Assembly (NCBI GenBank): GCA_030265395.1
Contig: JARFYF010000052.1
Coordinates: 115,108,781-115,172,780 of the forward strand
Origin: Rhina ancylostomus
Lineage: Eukaryota
Direction of reading: 5' to 3'
Length of the DNA: 64,000 bases
Shown: positions 24,361-37,090 of the stretch, piece by piece
Layout of the letters: each line of letters starts with the position of its first letter
Position numbering within the stretch: position 1 is the first letter of the stretch
Notes under the pieces: model-generated
Seen by the model: the letters and a program-made list of their open reading frames with translations, nothing else
What the model was told of the DNA's origin: nothing
The model's database searches: none
Translations under genes and position numbers: made by a program

Positions 24361-26108
24361 TCTGTTGATGCTGTAGTTGAGGCAAATGGGTGTGAAATAT
24401 TGCGTGTGCTAAATATAGTAACAAGGGATTTATCATCTTTAAAAATGGATAAACTACCAGGCCCAGATGAAATATAATCTAGCCTGTTTTTTAAAAAAAG
24501 GAGGGAAATTGCAAAGGCTCTGGCTACAAATTTTTAATCCTCTCCAGTGCAGGAAAATTGGAGGATATTGCAGTTGAGCTGTTATTTCAAAAAGAAGTAA
24601 GAGGTAGCTACTAATCTGGCTACAAATTTTTAATCCTTTCCAGTGCAGGAAAATTGGAGGATGTTGCAGTTGAGCTGTTGTTTCAAAAAGGAGTAAGAGG
24701 TAGCCAGTTAGTTTAATTTCAATGGTGGGAAAATTACTGAAAACCATTCAACAGGATGTCATGAAGCTGAATTTATCAAGGCACTAACTAATTAAGGACT
24801 TGTTAAGGGGAGGTCATATCTGACTAACTAATTGAATATTGGAGGAGTAATGTGGATTATCAATGAGTATAATGAACTTGATAGAGTCTAAATGGATTTT
24901 AATAACATTTTTGTCAAGGTCCTAAATGGTCAAAATAGTAAAAGCTCTTTGTTCTAAACTGGAGTGGAAAACTAGATCCATAACTTGTATAGTGGAAAAT
25001 TAGATCCATAACTTGTACGTTGTTTCAAAAAGGAGTAAGGGATAGCCAGTTAGTTTAATTTCAAGCAGGAAGGCAAATGATTATTGGATGACTAGAAGGC
25101 TTCACAGGGCTCAGCATGCTATTCCTTTTTTTTTGTGACACATATTAATAATTTAGATATAAATATAGAGAGCAAATTAGAGAAGTTTGCAGAAGACATA
25201 AATATTGGCCATTTGGCTGACAGTTAGAAAGAAAGCTCCAGATCACTGGAATATAAGATGGTCTGATCAGTTGAACAGAAAATAGCAAATGGAATTTAAT
25301 CTCGAGAAGGAGTGAGCTAATGCATTTGAGGACATATAACAAGCAAAGGATGATACAATAGCTGTCAGAATACTGAGTGGTAAGGAGGAATGAAGGAACC
25401 TTGAGAGAAGGTGCTCAGCTCCTTAGAGGTGACAGGGCAGGTCAGTAAGGTGTTAAAAAGGCACATAGGATGATTTGGCTGAGTGGTCCAAGGCATTAGA
25501 TATAAGACCAAAAAGATTATGCTGAAAGTGTCTGCAACACCAGTTAAGACCATATCTTGAGTACTGCGTATAGATCTAATCACTACATTACAGGAAAGAT
25601 TGCACTGGAAAGAGTGTAGAAGAGAGTAATGAGAATGTAACCAGGACTGGAAAATTGTAGTGAAGAGGAAAGATTGAATAAACTCGGGTTATTTTACTTT
25701 GGAAGAGAGGAGGCTGAGGAGAGTCTAAATTAAGGTGTATTAATTACTGAGGGACCTAGACAGAGTATGTAGGAAAAACCTACTTACCTTCTCAGAGGCA
25801 TCAAAAATCAAGGGGCATAGATTTAAAGTAACTGGTAGAAGAATTAAAGGGAAGGCGAGGAGAAAGCTTTTCACCCACAGAATGGTAGGGGTCTGGGACT
25901 CACTGCCTGAAATGAGAGTAGAAAAATAATCCATCATTACATATTGATAATACTTGGATCTACATTTGAAGAGCTATGCTCTGCAGAGCTAAGAACATAT
26001 TGCTGGAAGGTAGGATTAGATTGGCAAACTATTTTTAACTGGGACAGACACAATGGGGCAAGTGGTTTCTTTTTACGTCGTAAAATTTATATCATTCTAT
26101 GATTCTAT
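24361..26108 (+). mobile_element. CR1 LINE 3' part (RT to 3' UTR), probable continuation of 19330-21628
   Basis: atggataaactaccaggcccagatgaaata = MDKLPGPDEI; aagtttgcagaagacataaa ~ KFADDTK; FFTxRxV-like ttttcacccacagaatggtag; terminal attctatgattctat. Confidence 0.9.
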
Positions 26109-26770
26109 AATCTTGTTTTACAGCAAAAGATACCTAACCATTAGACTTGTTATTTTGTGCAACTCCCTGCTATCCCACCCTCCCTCAATACATCGCTGAG
26201 CTAATTATTTTAGTTTGTGATTATTCTTGCAGGAGCTGGCTGTCTGCCCTCTCATAGAATTTTAAGCTGGCCAGGTGTTTGCCAGCAATCTCAGAAGACA
26301 TGACTCAGGGTCAGTGGTGAAATAGGCAAAGCAGCAGGGAGTTTGGTACAGTTTGGGCATGCTGCCCATAGTTACTCAATGCTGCTTTGAAGTAGCAGAC
26401 TTGATTATGAGCCATAATTTATACAGCAACCTTACAAATAAAAAGGAACAAAAGAACACTTTGGCGCTTTAGAATGCTGTGGTGCAGGACATCAGTTGGC
26501 AATCATTTCATCATATCCCCACTCTACCCAATCCCACCACTCAACCCAGTCTCTCTCTGCAACTGCTATCAGTGAGATAAAACTGATAATCCTGGAAATA
26601 CTCAGTAGGTCAGGCAATGTCAATGACCTTTCATTGGAACTGAGAAAAGTTACAGATGAAATAAGTTTCCAGATGTGAGATAGGGGAAGGCAGGACAGAG
26701 CACAAGGGTAGATCTACAATCGGTGAAGGGCAGGAGAGTATAAATGGCAGAAGGAGGAGATAAAAAGTGA

Positions 26771-27862
26771 GTGATAAAGAGATTGAGAAGCAGAGGTGAG
26801 GTGGGAGAGATTGCCCTCGATATCAAGGCAGCATTTTACTGTGTGTGGCATCAAGGAATGGGTGTAAGACGAGTCNNNNNNNNNNNNNNNNNNNNNNNNN
26901 NNNNNNNNNNNNNNNNNNNNNNNNNNNNNNNNNNNNNNNNNNNNNNNNNNNNNNNNNNNNNNNNNNNNNNNNNNNNNNNNNNNNNNNNNNNNNNNNNNNN
27001 NNNNNNNNNNNNNNNNNNNNNNNNNNNNNNNNNNNNNNNNNNNNNNNNNNNNNNNNNNNNNNNNNNNNNNNNNNNNNNNNNNNNNNNNNNNNNNNNNNNN
27101 NNNNNNNNNNNNNNNNNNNNNNNNNNNNNNNNNNNNNNNNNNNNNNNNNNNTAAGATTAAGTAAAATAATACCACAAATTTAGTAAGCAATGTCCATTTC
27201 CAAAAGCAGAGAGTCTAACTATCTACCCTTGACATTCAGTAACATTACCATCACTGAACCCCCACCATTAGCATTCTAGGGGTTGACCAGAAATTGAAAT
27301 GGATCAGCTATTTAAATAACTGTGGCTACAAGAGCAAGTTGGATGCTGGGTATTTTATGGAGAATAATTCACCTCCTGACATCCCAAGACCTTTCCACTA
27401 TCTACAAGGCCCAAATCAGCAGTGTAATACCCTTCATATGCCTGGATGCAGCTCCAAGAACTCTCAAGAACCTTGAAACTATCAAGAACAAAGCAGCCCA
27501 CTTGACTGCCACTCCATTCACCGTCCTAAACGTTCATTCCTTCCACCAAAAATATACAATGGCGTGTACAATTCTCTAAAGGTGCTGCAGCTACTAACCC
27601 AGGCCATTCTGACAGCAGATTTCAAACCAAGAAGGACGAATGCTTCCAGCGCAAGGAAACATTATCACCATGTTCTCCACCCCACCCCATCCCTATCAAA
27701 GTCAAATGGCCACCTGAATTGGAAATATTTTGCTGTTCCTTTGTAACAATGGGTCTAAATTCTTGAACTCCTTCCCCAACAGGATTGTGGGAGTACCTTC
27801 TCCAGACTACATGTGTTCAATGGCAAATAGGATGCTGGCCTTGCCTATGAAGCCCAGATTCC
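26771..27862 (+). mobile_element. L2/CR1-group LINE (DeuSINE-partner type), RT to 3' end
   Basis: LRSRGEVGEIALDIKAAFYCVWHQG; LLTSQDLSTIYKAQISS; tail ggcaaataggatgctggccttgcc..gcccagattcc. Confidence 0.85.
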
Positions 27863-28154
27863 AATCAAGGGAGTAAGTGAAAAGGAAAGCTTAGTCTGGA
27901 GGAGGTGTAATTGGGGAGATAAGTTATCTGAAATTCCATGAAGAACAAAAAGCCATTAATGTGGGAAATGTGAAAAGAAGTCTCTGGGAATGCCACTTAC
28001 CTTAAAATGTTGAACTTGATGTTGAATCCAGAAGGCTGTAAAGACCCATTCAGAAGATGAGGTGCTGTTCCTTGAATTTATATTGTGTTTTGTTAGGACA
28101 ATGCAGGAGGCTGACAGCAAAGAGGCAGAATAGATTTGAGAGAGGTAATTGCAC

Positions 28155-28607
28155 AGAACATAGAATATTGCACAGCACAGAAATAGGCCTTCTGCCACGA
28201 GGTTGTTTCAGATTAATTCAACTAATGACACTAAATTAAACTAATCCCTTCTGCCTACACTTGGCCCACATTTCTCTGTTCTCTGTATATTCATGTGCCT
28301 ATCTAAGAGCCTCTTAAGTGCTTCTATTGTATCTCCCTCCGCAACCACCCCTAGCAGCACATTCCAGGCACCCACCACATTCTATGTAAATAAACTTGCC
28401 CCACACATCTCCTTTGAACTTTCCCCCTCTCCTCTAATAGATATTTTGACCCTGTATAAAAAAGATACCAGCTGTCTACGCCTCTCATAGCTTTATAAAC
28501 GTCTATCAGGTCTCCTCTCAGCCTCCACCACTCCAGAGAGAACAACAGAAGTTTGTCCAACCCCTACTCATAGCACATGCCTTTTAATCCAGGCAGCATC
28601 CTGGTAA
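28155..28607 (-). mobile_element. CR1 LINE 3' end nested in the Penelope element
   Basis: LLLFSLEWWRLRGDLIDVYKAMRG; (catagaa)n-type tail on the + strand. Confidence 0.92.
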
Positions 28608-31600
28608 AGTGCTGGCAACTGGAAGTCCTGTGTCACCCTTGCAGGCTTGAAGGAGTTGTTCCACAAAGCAGTCACCTGTTATGTGTTTGGTTCCTCAAAT
28701 GTAGAGGATAAGACCATATTGTGAGGAGCAAATGTAGTATGCTAAGTCTGTGTTTCATGTGTAAGTCCTTGAATAAAGGGAGGGGAGGAAGTAAAAGGGC
28801 AGGGGAGACTGTTACAGAAAGAAGTGTCGTGGGAAGAGAGTATTGCTCAAGATGCAATCTGAATCAGATCTTCCCAAAGGGATCTAGTCCTTCAGAATGC
28901 TGAAAGGGGAGCAGACCAGAAGCTGCATCTAGTGGTGGCATTCCATTGGAAGTGTTGGAAACTGGGAACAAGGATCTGTTGACTATGGAGACTGATAGGG
29001 TGGACAATGAGGGCAAAAGGAACATTATTCTGATTCTGGGTGGGAGGAAAGGTGATGAGAGCTGAAGTGGAATGGACATGATTGAGCGTCCTGTTGACTG
29101 TAGTGGAGGGGACCACAGGTAAAAAGAAAGGGATACATATCAGAAGGACTGAATGATGGTGGCAACGTCAGACAGATGGACTTGGAGAAACTGGGAGAAT
29201 GAAGTTGAAGTCTCACTGGAAGTAAAGTGGGAGGAAGTGTTAGTTGTAGGAAACCGTGGGCTTGCGAGAGCACGGGTCTCTAGCCTAACTCCTAACATGG
29301 AGAAAGGAAGTTGAGGATGGGAATAAGCAGAAATGGATCGTTTGAAGGTCAGAGTAGGGTGGAAATTGGCAGTGAAGGTGATGAAACTTTGCTTTTGCTT
29401 CTCAGTGAAGTTCATCCGAATTTTGGCTCCAATGTAAGCCACTGGATTTTGCTCGGTCGGGACTTCAGACAGTCACGAGCACATGGAGTTAGTTTAAAAT
29501 AAAAATACTCAAGGGAACAGAATAAGGAAATTGGCATTTGATCCTTTGCACTTGAAAACAACTCAGGCTGTGAGCAGAAGTCCAAAGAAAACTCAGTGTG
29601 AGAAAGACAACTGAATGACAGGTCTAAATATTGTAGGTATAACAGTTCCTTCATATTAAAATTACTGGAGGAAGTACCTTAATAGGCTGGTTCTCCTGAA
29701 TAGATGTAGTCTAATACTACTGGTGGACTTCTGACTCCACCAAGACTGCAGATCCTTTTTGTTCTTCTTGGTTGTGAAATCATTCTTATTTACAAAAACA
29801 GTGGAAGAGCTTTATTCCAATATATTCTCCTATCATGCATTCCTTTAACTAACGGAAAAGTCGTGAATTTAAACAAAAACATCAGCAGTTCTACTTGCTA
29901 GATAATTTATCATTTATTTACAGAAAATTGTTTTTTCAGACATTTTAGAAAAGAGAGATGTTATTCTGAAACCTGTAGAGATCTCATGAAGCTCAAAGGA
30001 TTCAAACAGTCATATTATATCAGCTGGCAGGACCCGTACTGAGAGATTTTATGCATATTCTTGAAGATTAGGAGGGAGTGTGCAAATTGGGTTTGAGCCA
30101 ATGATTTCAATGGCTGCCCAAGTCCAGTGAAGTGTAAGAGGAGCAGAAGCTGCTGGAGTTCACTGCACTTGCCTTTCTCCGTTCACTTCAAGAATCCAGT
30201 ACTTCCTTATAACAGCTCTTTCAGAATAACTTGATCCTATAAAAACCTGCTGTTGCCATAGAAATGGGTTTTGTGAGGTCTGTTGAAACTCTTGCCCTAT
30301 TTTTCCAGTCTTTGTTGCATTTATTTTTCCACGTTTTTGGCTGTATTTCTTCTTTGGTCCTGACAGCCTCCATTCTCTCCAAGTTTGTTATTTTTGGAAG
30401 GCGGTGTTCTTTCATCCCAGTCAGCTTGGCACCAACAATTAATTCAGTACTCTTTAATTTCCTTTCGAACTACTGAAGATATTAATGGTGGGCTGGGGAT
30501 GAGAATGTGACCTTAGACCATTTAAAATAAATTATATTGGCACAAAGTCCCTCTTCAGGAATTTTGCAGAGGGAGTCAATGTACTTTAAATATCCATTTA
30601 AAGTGATCAGACTTTTGTATTTTGAAATGTATTGGATTACTTCAATCAAAATTGTTCATTAAATTAGCTTAACATTTGTCTGTCTAATACATCAAATGAA
30701 AAAAAGTAAATTTCAATTACATTACTCATAAAATATTTAGCCAGTTATGTTCAAAAGAACATAATGTTTGTGTTGTGAATGCAGCAGGGTAAATGTGTGA
30801 TGAAATACATTATATTTTGCTTCCAAAATCTGGTTCTGCTGAAGTCAATGGTAGCAAATTTNNNNNNNNNNNNNNNNNAGAGGCAGGATCTTTATTGTTG
30901 TTCTTCCTTTGAATATGAAGGGGATCATGATATTATTGGGAGAGTGTGAGTAGTTGACCAGCCCATTTGTGTTTTGCACTCGATGTAAAGCAATGAGAAA
31001 GAGTGACAGCTTTCAGTGGTCTGATAAATATTGGTGTGTAATCCTGGGTATTTACCATGTTTGCACTTCTATTCTGGCTCAGCTGATTTCAACTGCTCAT
31101 GAATTGCAGCTTCAATGTAGTTGAGACATTGTCAAATAGAGTAATCATTAGGAAGATCCTCCCAAGATTCCAAATCAATGTTGAAAGAATAACTTAAGGA
31201 CTCTTTGAAATGTTTCTTCTCTTCTTCATTTAGAACACTTATCCTCCCTCAGCTCTCTCATCCAACATCCTGGTGACATGGTTTTTCACCCCATCAGCGA
31301 CTTTATCCACAGCATAGGGCCAGTTGGAAAGCTGCAGCTATGACAACTTCAATGTTATCTCATCAAATTATCCTTTGACAGTCCAAATGGAAATTATAGA
31401 GCTTTGTTGTTTGGAATCTGTTAACCATTGAGGTTTCACGTACATGGTCAGGGGTCAACAACACAAGGGCTTTGATGGCCTTCAGTTTTGTTTGTTGAAG
31501 GATGCCTCTGTGCTCCCACACATTTGTATGTCATCTTCCAAAGGCCACAGTGAGTTCGAATATTTAGTGATGATTTCATTGTCAGAATTTCAGAGACAAA

Positions 31601-32109
31601 GCAATACATTTAATGAGTGTGAGTTTGGACAAATTTCTCCAACACTTACTATTCAGTAGCTGAACAATTGACTGAGAGTAATTAAGTGCATTGTTGAAAA
31701 CTGCAGGATCATTTTACAATGACAAATGAAACAGCATATGGCTGTGGGTGCCAATACTTTCAAACTAGAAGTAAAAGTACCACAGCATGATGGAGAAAGA
31801 TCTCATGATAAGGATGTTTGGGTCTTACCAAAACCTTCTTCTTGCAGACTTACATATTCTAGAATGCAGTCAAGTCTAATTGGTCATATTCTGAAGAGCA
31901 TATTTGCTGTAAGAACAGAGTACATTTTCAGTAATGTGTCTTGGAACTAAACTCCTTGTTCCTTCTGGTCATTATCTTGTGGCTGATGGCTTCAGGCTGA
32001 TGGCTTCTGATTCAAAGCTGGTTTTCATCAGGTATGGATTATGCCCCCCTGTTGGCCAAATTATAGAATGTGCAAAACAAGTAAACAAGATTTCCCTTCA
32101 TTCATTTTT

Positions 32110-32650
32110 CAGGATGTAGACATTGGTAACTAGGTCAGTATACTTTATTTATTGTACTGTTGTCCATCCCTCATTGCCCTTGAGAAGATATTGGTAAACC
32201 TGCTTCTTGAACCATTACTGTCCTTCTGGTGAAGATACTCTCTCAGTGCTTTTGGAGAGGGAGCTCCAGAATTTAGCAATGATGATGGAATGGTGACATA
32301 TTTCCGTCTGGATGGTCTGCAGCTTCAAGGGAGAATTGCAGCTGGTGGTCATTCTATGTGTCAGTTGCTCTTGTCTTTCTTGATGTTGGATGTGTGTTAA
32401 GGAGGTGCTTGTAGAGTAGCCTAGGCAAGTTACACCATTTTATTTTTTAAATGGTCCAGACTGCAGCCAGAGTAAACTGACATATGAGGTTCCATTCAAG
32501 CAGGGTGTTTTATTTTGGATGGTGCAGAGTTTCTTTTGGAACTGCATTCAGTCAGCCAAATGGAGAGTATTCCATCATTCTGCTGACTTGTGCTTTGTAT
32601 ATGCTGGGAAAGATTTGGAGACTAGTTACTTGCCATGGGATACCAGCAAG
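32110..32650 (-). mobile_element. L2/CR1-group LINE 3' part (same family as 26771-27862)
   Basis: Reverse translation IFPSIYKAQVSRMMEYSP; reverse tail ttctcaagggcaatgagggatggacaa. Confidence 0.75.
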
Positions 32651-32727
32651 TGACCTACTGATTGACCACTCTGTGGCTATTATTATAGGCATAAAATTCA
32701 TGGTTGAACAGACAGCAGCAATCTTTG

Positions 32728-32858
32728 ACACAAGAGATTGCTGATGCTGCAAATAGTCCTGATGAAGGGTCTCGGCCCGAAACGTCGACTGTTCATTTCC
32801 CTCCATAGATTTTGCTTGACCTGCTGAGTCCCTTCAGCATTTTGTGTGTGTGTTGCGT
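32728..32858 (+). mobile_element. 131-bp Penelope-derived mini-element carrying a hammerhead ribozyme
   Basis: Inverted pLTR tip (acacaagagattgctgatgctg) joined to a sense pLTR segment; 13-bp TSD gcagcaatctttg (32715-32727) / gcagtgatctttg (32859-32871). Confidence 0.9.
32753..32792 (+). ncRNA. Minimal type I hammerhead ribozyme motif (Penelope-associated)
   Basis: atagtc CTGATGA a gggt-ctcg-gccc GAAA cg TC gactgt: 6-bp stem I, core CUGAUGA, 4-bp stem II, GAAA, palindromic ACGU stem III, GUC triplet at 32784-32786. One extra A follows the core. Activity not shown. Confidence 0.75.
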
Positions 32859-32929
32859 GCAGTGATCTTTGCCCCATTTTATATTTCTGAGACTTGAACT
32901 ACTTGTTACAGACACTTCTGGCTACTTGA

Positions 32930-33470
32930 AAGATACCACCAATGCTGTCTTCACAAAATCTTCCAAATTCACTGGAAGTATAGGCAAATCGAGATCAGTG
33001 TCCTCTCTCAACCATCCCCAGTTCTGAAGAACTAATTACACTCAGTCAACTATGTGGGAAATCTATGCCATTTATATGCCTGACACTAAAAATATACTCT
33101 ATTCCACCTCCATCACAGAAAGAAATTGCCAGGCAGTCAAAGGGAAAGATTTAAGGATGTGCTTGAAAAAACGACATCCCCACTGACTCCTGGGAACCTC
33201 TGCCCCATGGCTGCTCAAAATGGGGAAGGAACACTCAGGGTGGGATTGAAAACCTCGAGGCCATGCATCAGGAGCACACAGAAACCCTGTGATAAATGGT
33301 AAAAGGGATACATCACCTCACAAACTACCCAGCTGTCCTTTCAGATACATTCTGTCCAACTGTGAAAGAGTCTGTGGTTCACGTAATGGTCTCAGCAGTT
33401 GCCTCAGAATCCAGAAAATTTGAGTGTAAGTAAGTCATTCTTGATCCAGGGGGACTGCCTAAAACAAGAG
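32930..33470 (+). mobile_element. RTE-clade LINE 3' part
   Basis: taccaccaatgctgtcttcacaaaatc ~ YHQxCLRKI; caactatgtgg, atgcctgacact, aagatttaaggatgtg ~ KRFKDV; zinc-finger remnant tgtccaactgtgaaagagtctgtgg. Confidence 0.8.
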
Positions 33471-35994
33471 AATACGAGAACGATGTACAACTAATGTGAT
33501 GGAAGTGTGCTCTGTATCAGTAGACATGGATGCAGTTCTTGTCTCCTTGAAGCTCGTTGTCTCAAGATTCATCTCTTAGGCATTGCTGTCTGCTAACGAT
33601 ATCCAGCAAAGCAAATTCTGTAAGAATGAAGTTGTTTCCTGAGCCTTCAGGAAACAAACCATTGATGATTACAGGAATTTTCTCAGCCAATGATAGAGTG
33701 CATGACAGTGGCCTGGAATGCTCCAGAGGCCAGGAAGTTGAGAGACACGATGCCCATAACCTCCACTGTGAGAATGTTCCAGGTCTAATTCATGGCTGGG
33801 GATCATTCTGCTGGAAGTCACATATTTCAGTAATGAAAGCCTTTGAAAACAATTTGGAATTGATCTTGGAGAGATTATGATAGGATCTGGTGTGTCTGAA
33901 ACTCTGCTCTCACCAGAGCCTTCACTTGAGTGCTTTGCCAAGCATCCTGCCCCAAGGTCCCCAAGCATCACTAAGTTGCCTGAGATACCTAACCCAAATT
34001 TACTGTTCAAAAGGTACTGCCAGGGATCTTGTCCACTGAGCCACCTAATGAATGATTTGCTCAACAAGCATTACTGAAGAGGCATTTAAACAGTCTCCAT
34101 CATTCCCGGAGCTGCCTCGTGAAATATTCCAATGTGAATAAGTAATCCTTTATCTGGTGCCTGATTTATGCTGGAAGAGGTGGAAATGTGATGTATGTTG
34201 GAAGCGGTCAAAATGTGCATTGCAAGTATTTGTTTGTTCCTTATTTAAGGCAATTTGGTTTCAGACTAAGTGGTAAATTATGACTCAGATGAACGTTAGG
34301 TTGATTTAAGGCAAAAATGTTAAAAGGTATTTTTATTTTTACTAGATGCCAGACTAATATTTTCATCTTTTGATATCTAAAGATATCAAAAGTGTCTTTT
34401 TCTCAATGCACATATTGGACAACAGTCAAGCCTACTTGTTCCCATATTTCCAGTGAGTGCAAATTCACAATGTTATGAATGGAAGCCAGAGGCAGTGTTA
34501 TTCATTAAAAGGATTGTACAGGCTTCACCTCTGGGATCATTCAACTTCCCCAGCAGTTAAATATTGCATGAGCCCTTTACTAAACTTCCAGCTTTTTTAA
34601 AGGTCCATTAGCCAGAAAATGAGGTTGGAAATCATGGATTGATAACAATTTGTGTTAGACATAAGATTCTCTATGTTGCCTTTTATTGGTCTATTTCTGA
34701 TTTAGAAACAAAAGAGTTTTCTTCTCTTGCAACTTATCCAATATTGTGCAGATAACAGGAGAGAATAACCTGAATGTTAATCAAGAGAAAACTACAGCTA
34801 CTTCGTTACTCATTTTGGGCTTTGCCTCACCCTATCCCAATTGGGAATACTGCAGTTTGCACCTACCCAATAGTGCAAGCAACTGGGAGGTGGGTCCTGA
34901 TTGGTCTAGCGGCCCATGTCATTGCCCAATGTCCCTGGCAGATTTGTTCCCATTCACCTATATTACCAATGGTCATAGATTTTGGGAGGTAGCAAGAACA
35001 ATGCTGAGATTTCTCCTATTTCCCCTTGCTGCCTACAACAGTTATATACTTAAGGCCCAATCATGCAGAGGTTTTCATTGAAATGTAACTTGGAATTTTT
35101 GGAAGTTTCGGCCCTTTACAGGCAGTCTTGCCTCTTCTTCTGAAGTAGCATCCACGCCAAGATTTCTCATCCTTATGCATGCATGTCCTTGTCAGTGAGA
35201 ATCCCACAGCAGTTTTCTGTTGATGTTTATGGAAACTCCTGCCTGAAAAAAATATTGGTTGAGTTCCAGAAAGATATGACAAAGTGTGTAAAAATGTCAC
35301 CTGGNNNNNNNNNNNNNNNNNNNNNNNNNNNNNNNNNNNNNNNNNNNNNATCATATATATTTCTTATGTTAAGATACTTTTGCAGGATCTTACTTTCCAA
35401 TATTCAGATTAACCTCTGTGGACGAGAAAATTTTAGAATCCTANNNNNNNNNNNNNNNNNNNNNNNNNNNNNNNNNNNNNNNNNNNNNNNNNNNNNNNNN
35501 NNNNNNNNNNNNNNNNNNNNNNNNNNNNNNNNNNNNNNNNNNNNNNNNNNNNNNNNNNNNNNNNNNNNNNNNNNNNNNNNNATTGCATTGGATTTGCTGG
35601 TTCTTTTTCAGATTTCATTCCAGCCAAATTCTTTTCCCACAGATCTGCCATAAATTTGTTTTTTTGATACCATGAGTACACTTGTGATCACTTCTTGATA
35701 CCCAAATAGAATACTTTTCTTACTATATAGAGGCTGACAACAGATTTGTAAAGTTGATTTAATATTTTTAATTGAAAATTGGACCTAGAGATATATCCTG
35801 ACGATAATATCCATTCCTACCAATGAGAGATGATGATTACATGAGTTTAAAGATGCAATGACTTTATACATTAAATTGCCAAGTAGAGAACATCATTCAG
35901 TTGTAAAGGATGTTAAAAGTTTTCCTATTTGGGCTTTGACAATGGAAAGATTCATTTTAGAACTGTCAACATTTACAGGTGGTATNNNNNNNNN

Positions 35995-37090
35995 NGGCAT
36001 TCAGCCACTTAAGTGTTTTCTGCCATTCATTTAGATCATGGGTGATCTGAGCTGAAGTCTATCCAGAAGCCTTGATTTCATAAACCTGTGCCAAACCAAT
36101 CCATCAAGCTCAATGTTGATTTTTTCACTTTCTAGCATCAATAGTTCTTTGGAGAGAAAGTTGCTGATTTCTATTACCTTTAGTATGAAGGACTACTTTC
36201 TGATAACAACCCTCAGCAGCATAATTCTAATTTTAAGACAATATATTCCTGTTTTGAAACACCAGAGGAAATAGTTACAGTATCTACCTTTACAAGCTGC
36301 TTTATTCATTCAAAATGGCTCATTTAGATCATCCCTTAAGTCTTTTTGCTCAAAGGAATACAAGTCTAGTCCATGCGATCCGTGCACGTAATTTAATTCT
36401 TTTAACTTCCAGTGAACCTCAGATGATGTTCTGGCAAACCTGACTGGAATGTCCTTACAGACCAATATATCATTCCTGGGATATTGTCGTTTGAACTGAA
36501 CACAGTCCAGGGTTTAATTGGAGCTTTGTACATCTTTTCCATAGTTCCACCAATTTGTACTCCAGTTCCTTGTATAAAGGGCATAATTTTGTTAGTTTTA
36601 CATGCTATTTTTGTCCTGGTCCATTAGAATTTAGCAATTTTAGTACTTGGATCCCCTAGGTCAATGTATTCTTCCACAATTCCTAGAGAAGAGTCTAATC
36701 TATCTTTCTTCAGGCCAAAACAAACAAGTACTTACTTCTTCACATTGACATTCATGTGGCATGGTTGACTATTCACTTAATTTAATCATACTGCTTTGAA
36801 ACTTTCTGCTCTGCACCATCTTTTGGTATTAATAAATGTGGCATTATGACTCATCAAAGACATATATAATGAAATTTGAGTCTCCAGTACTGAAGCATGA
36901 GAAATACCATTAGTCAATCCTAACAATTTGAGTGTATAAGCATGAACCTTTGTTCTGAGAACAACCTCCTATTCAGATCCTTACCTACATCCAGAAGTTG
37001 CTGCTAATTCCATTTTTTGTCAACATATCTTTACCTAAAGCATTGTCAAATGCCATCAGGAGGTATCAATAAACAATTCTGCAGGCATTT
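35995..37090 (-). mobile_element. Old CR1 LINE fragment
   Basis: Reverse 3' UTR (cattcagcc...tgccattcatttagatcatgggtgatc) and RT motif tacctcctgatggcatttgacaatg ~ YLDFxKAFDKV. Confidence 0.65.

Larger units (their letters stand above)
26575..29430 (-). mobile_element. Penelope-like element (RT C-terminus, GIY-YIG endonuclease, pLTR), interrupted by two LINEs
   Basis: Reverse translations: FITFTANFHPTLTFKRSIS (Penelope RT), decayed CxxCGLLYIGETKR..GDxFxEHL near 28660-28730, KEQHLIF..GSLQPSGFNIKFN near 28000-28080; pLTR at 26575-26770. Confidence 0.88.

Noticed and set aside
30221-30415. MKEHRLPK...QPKTW, weakly like an RTE C-terminus
   Set aside because: Too degenerate to call.
33557-34077. 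Overlapping 66-132 aa ORFs
   Set aside because: No recognisable domain or splice context; lengths are compatible with chance.
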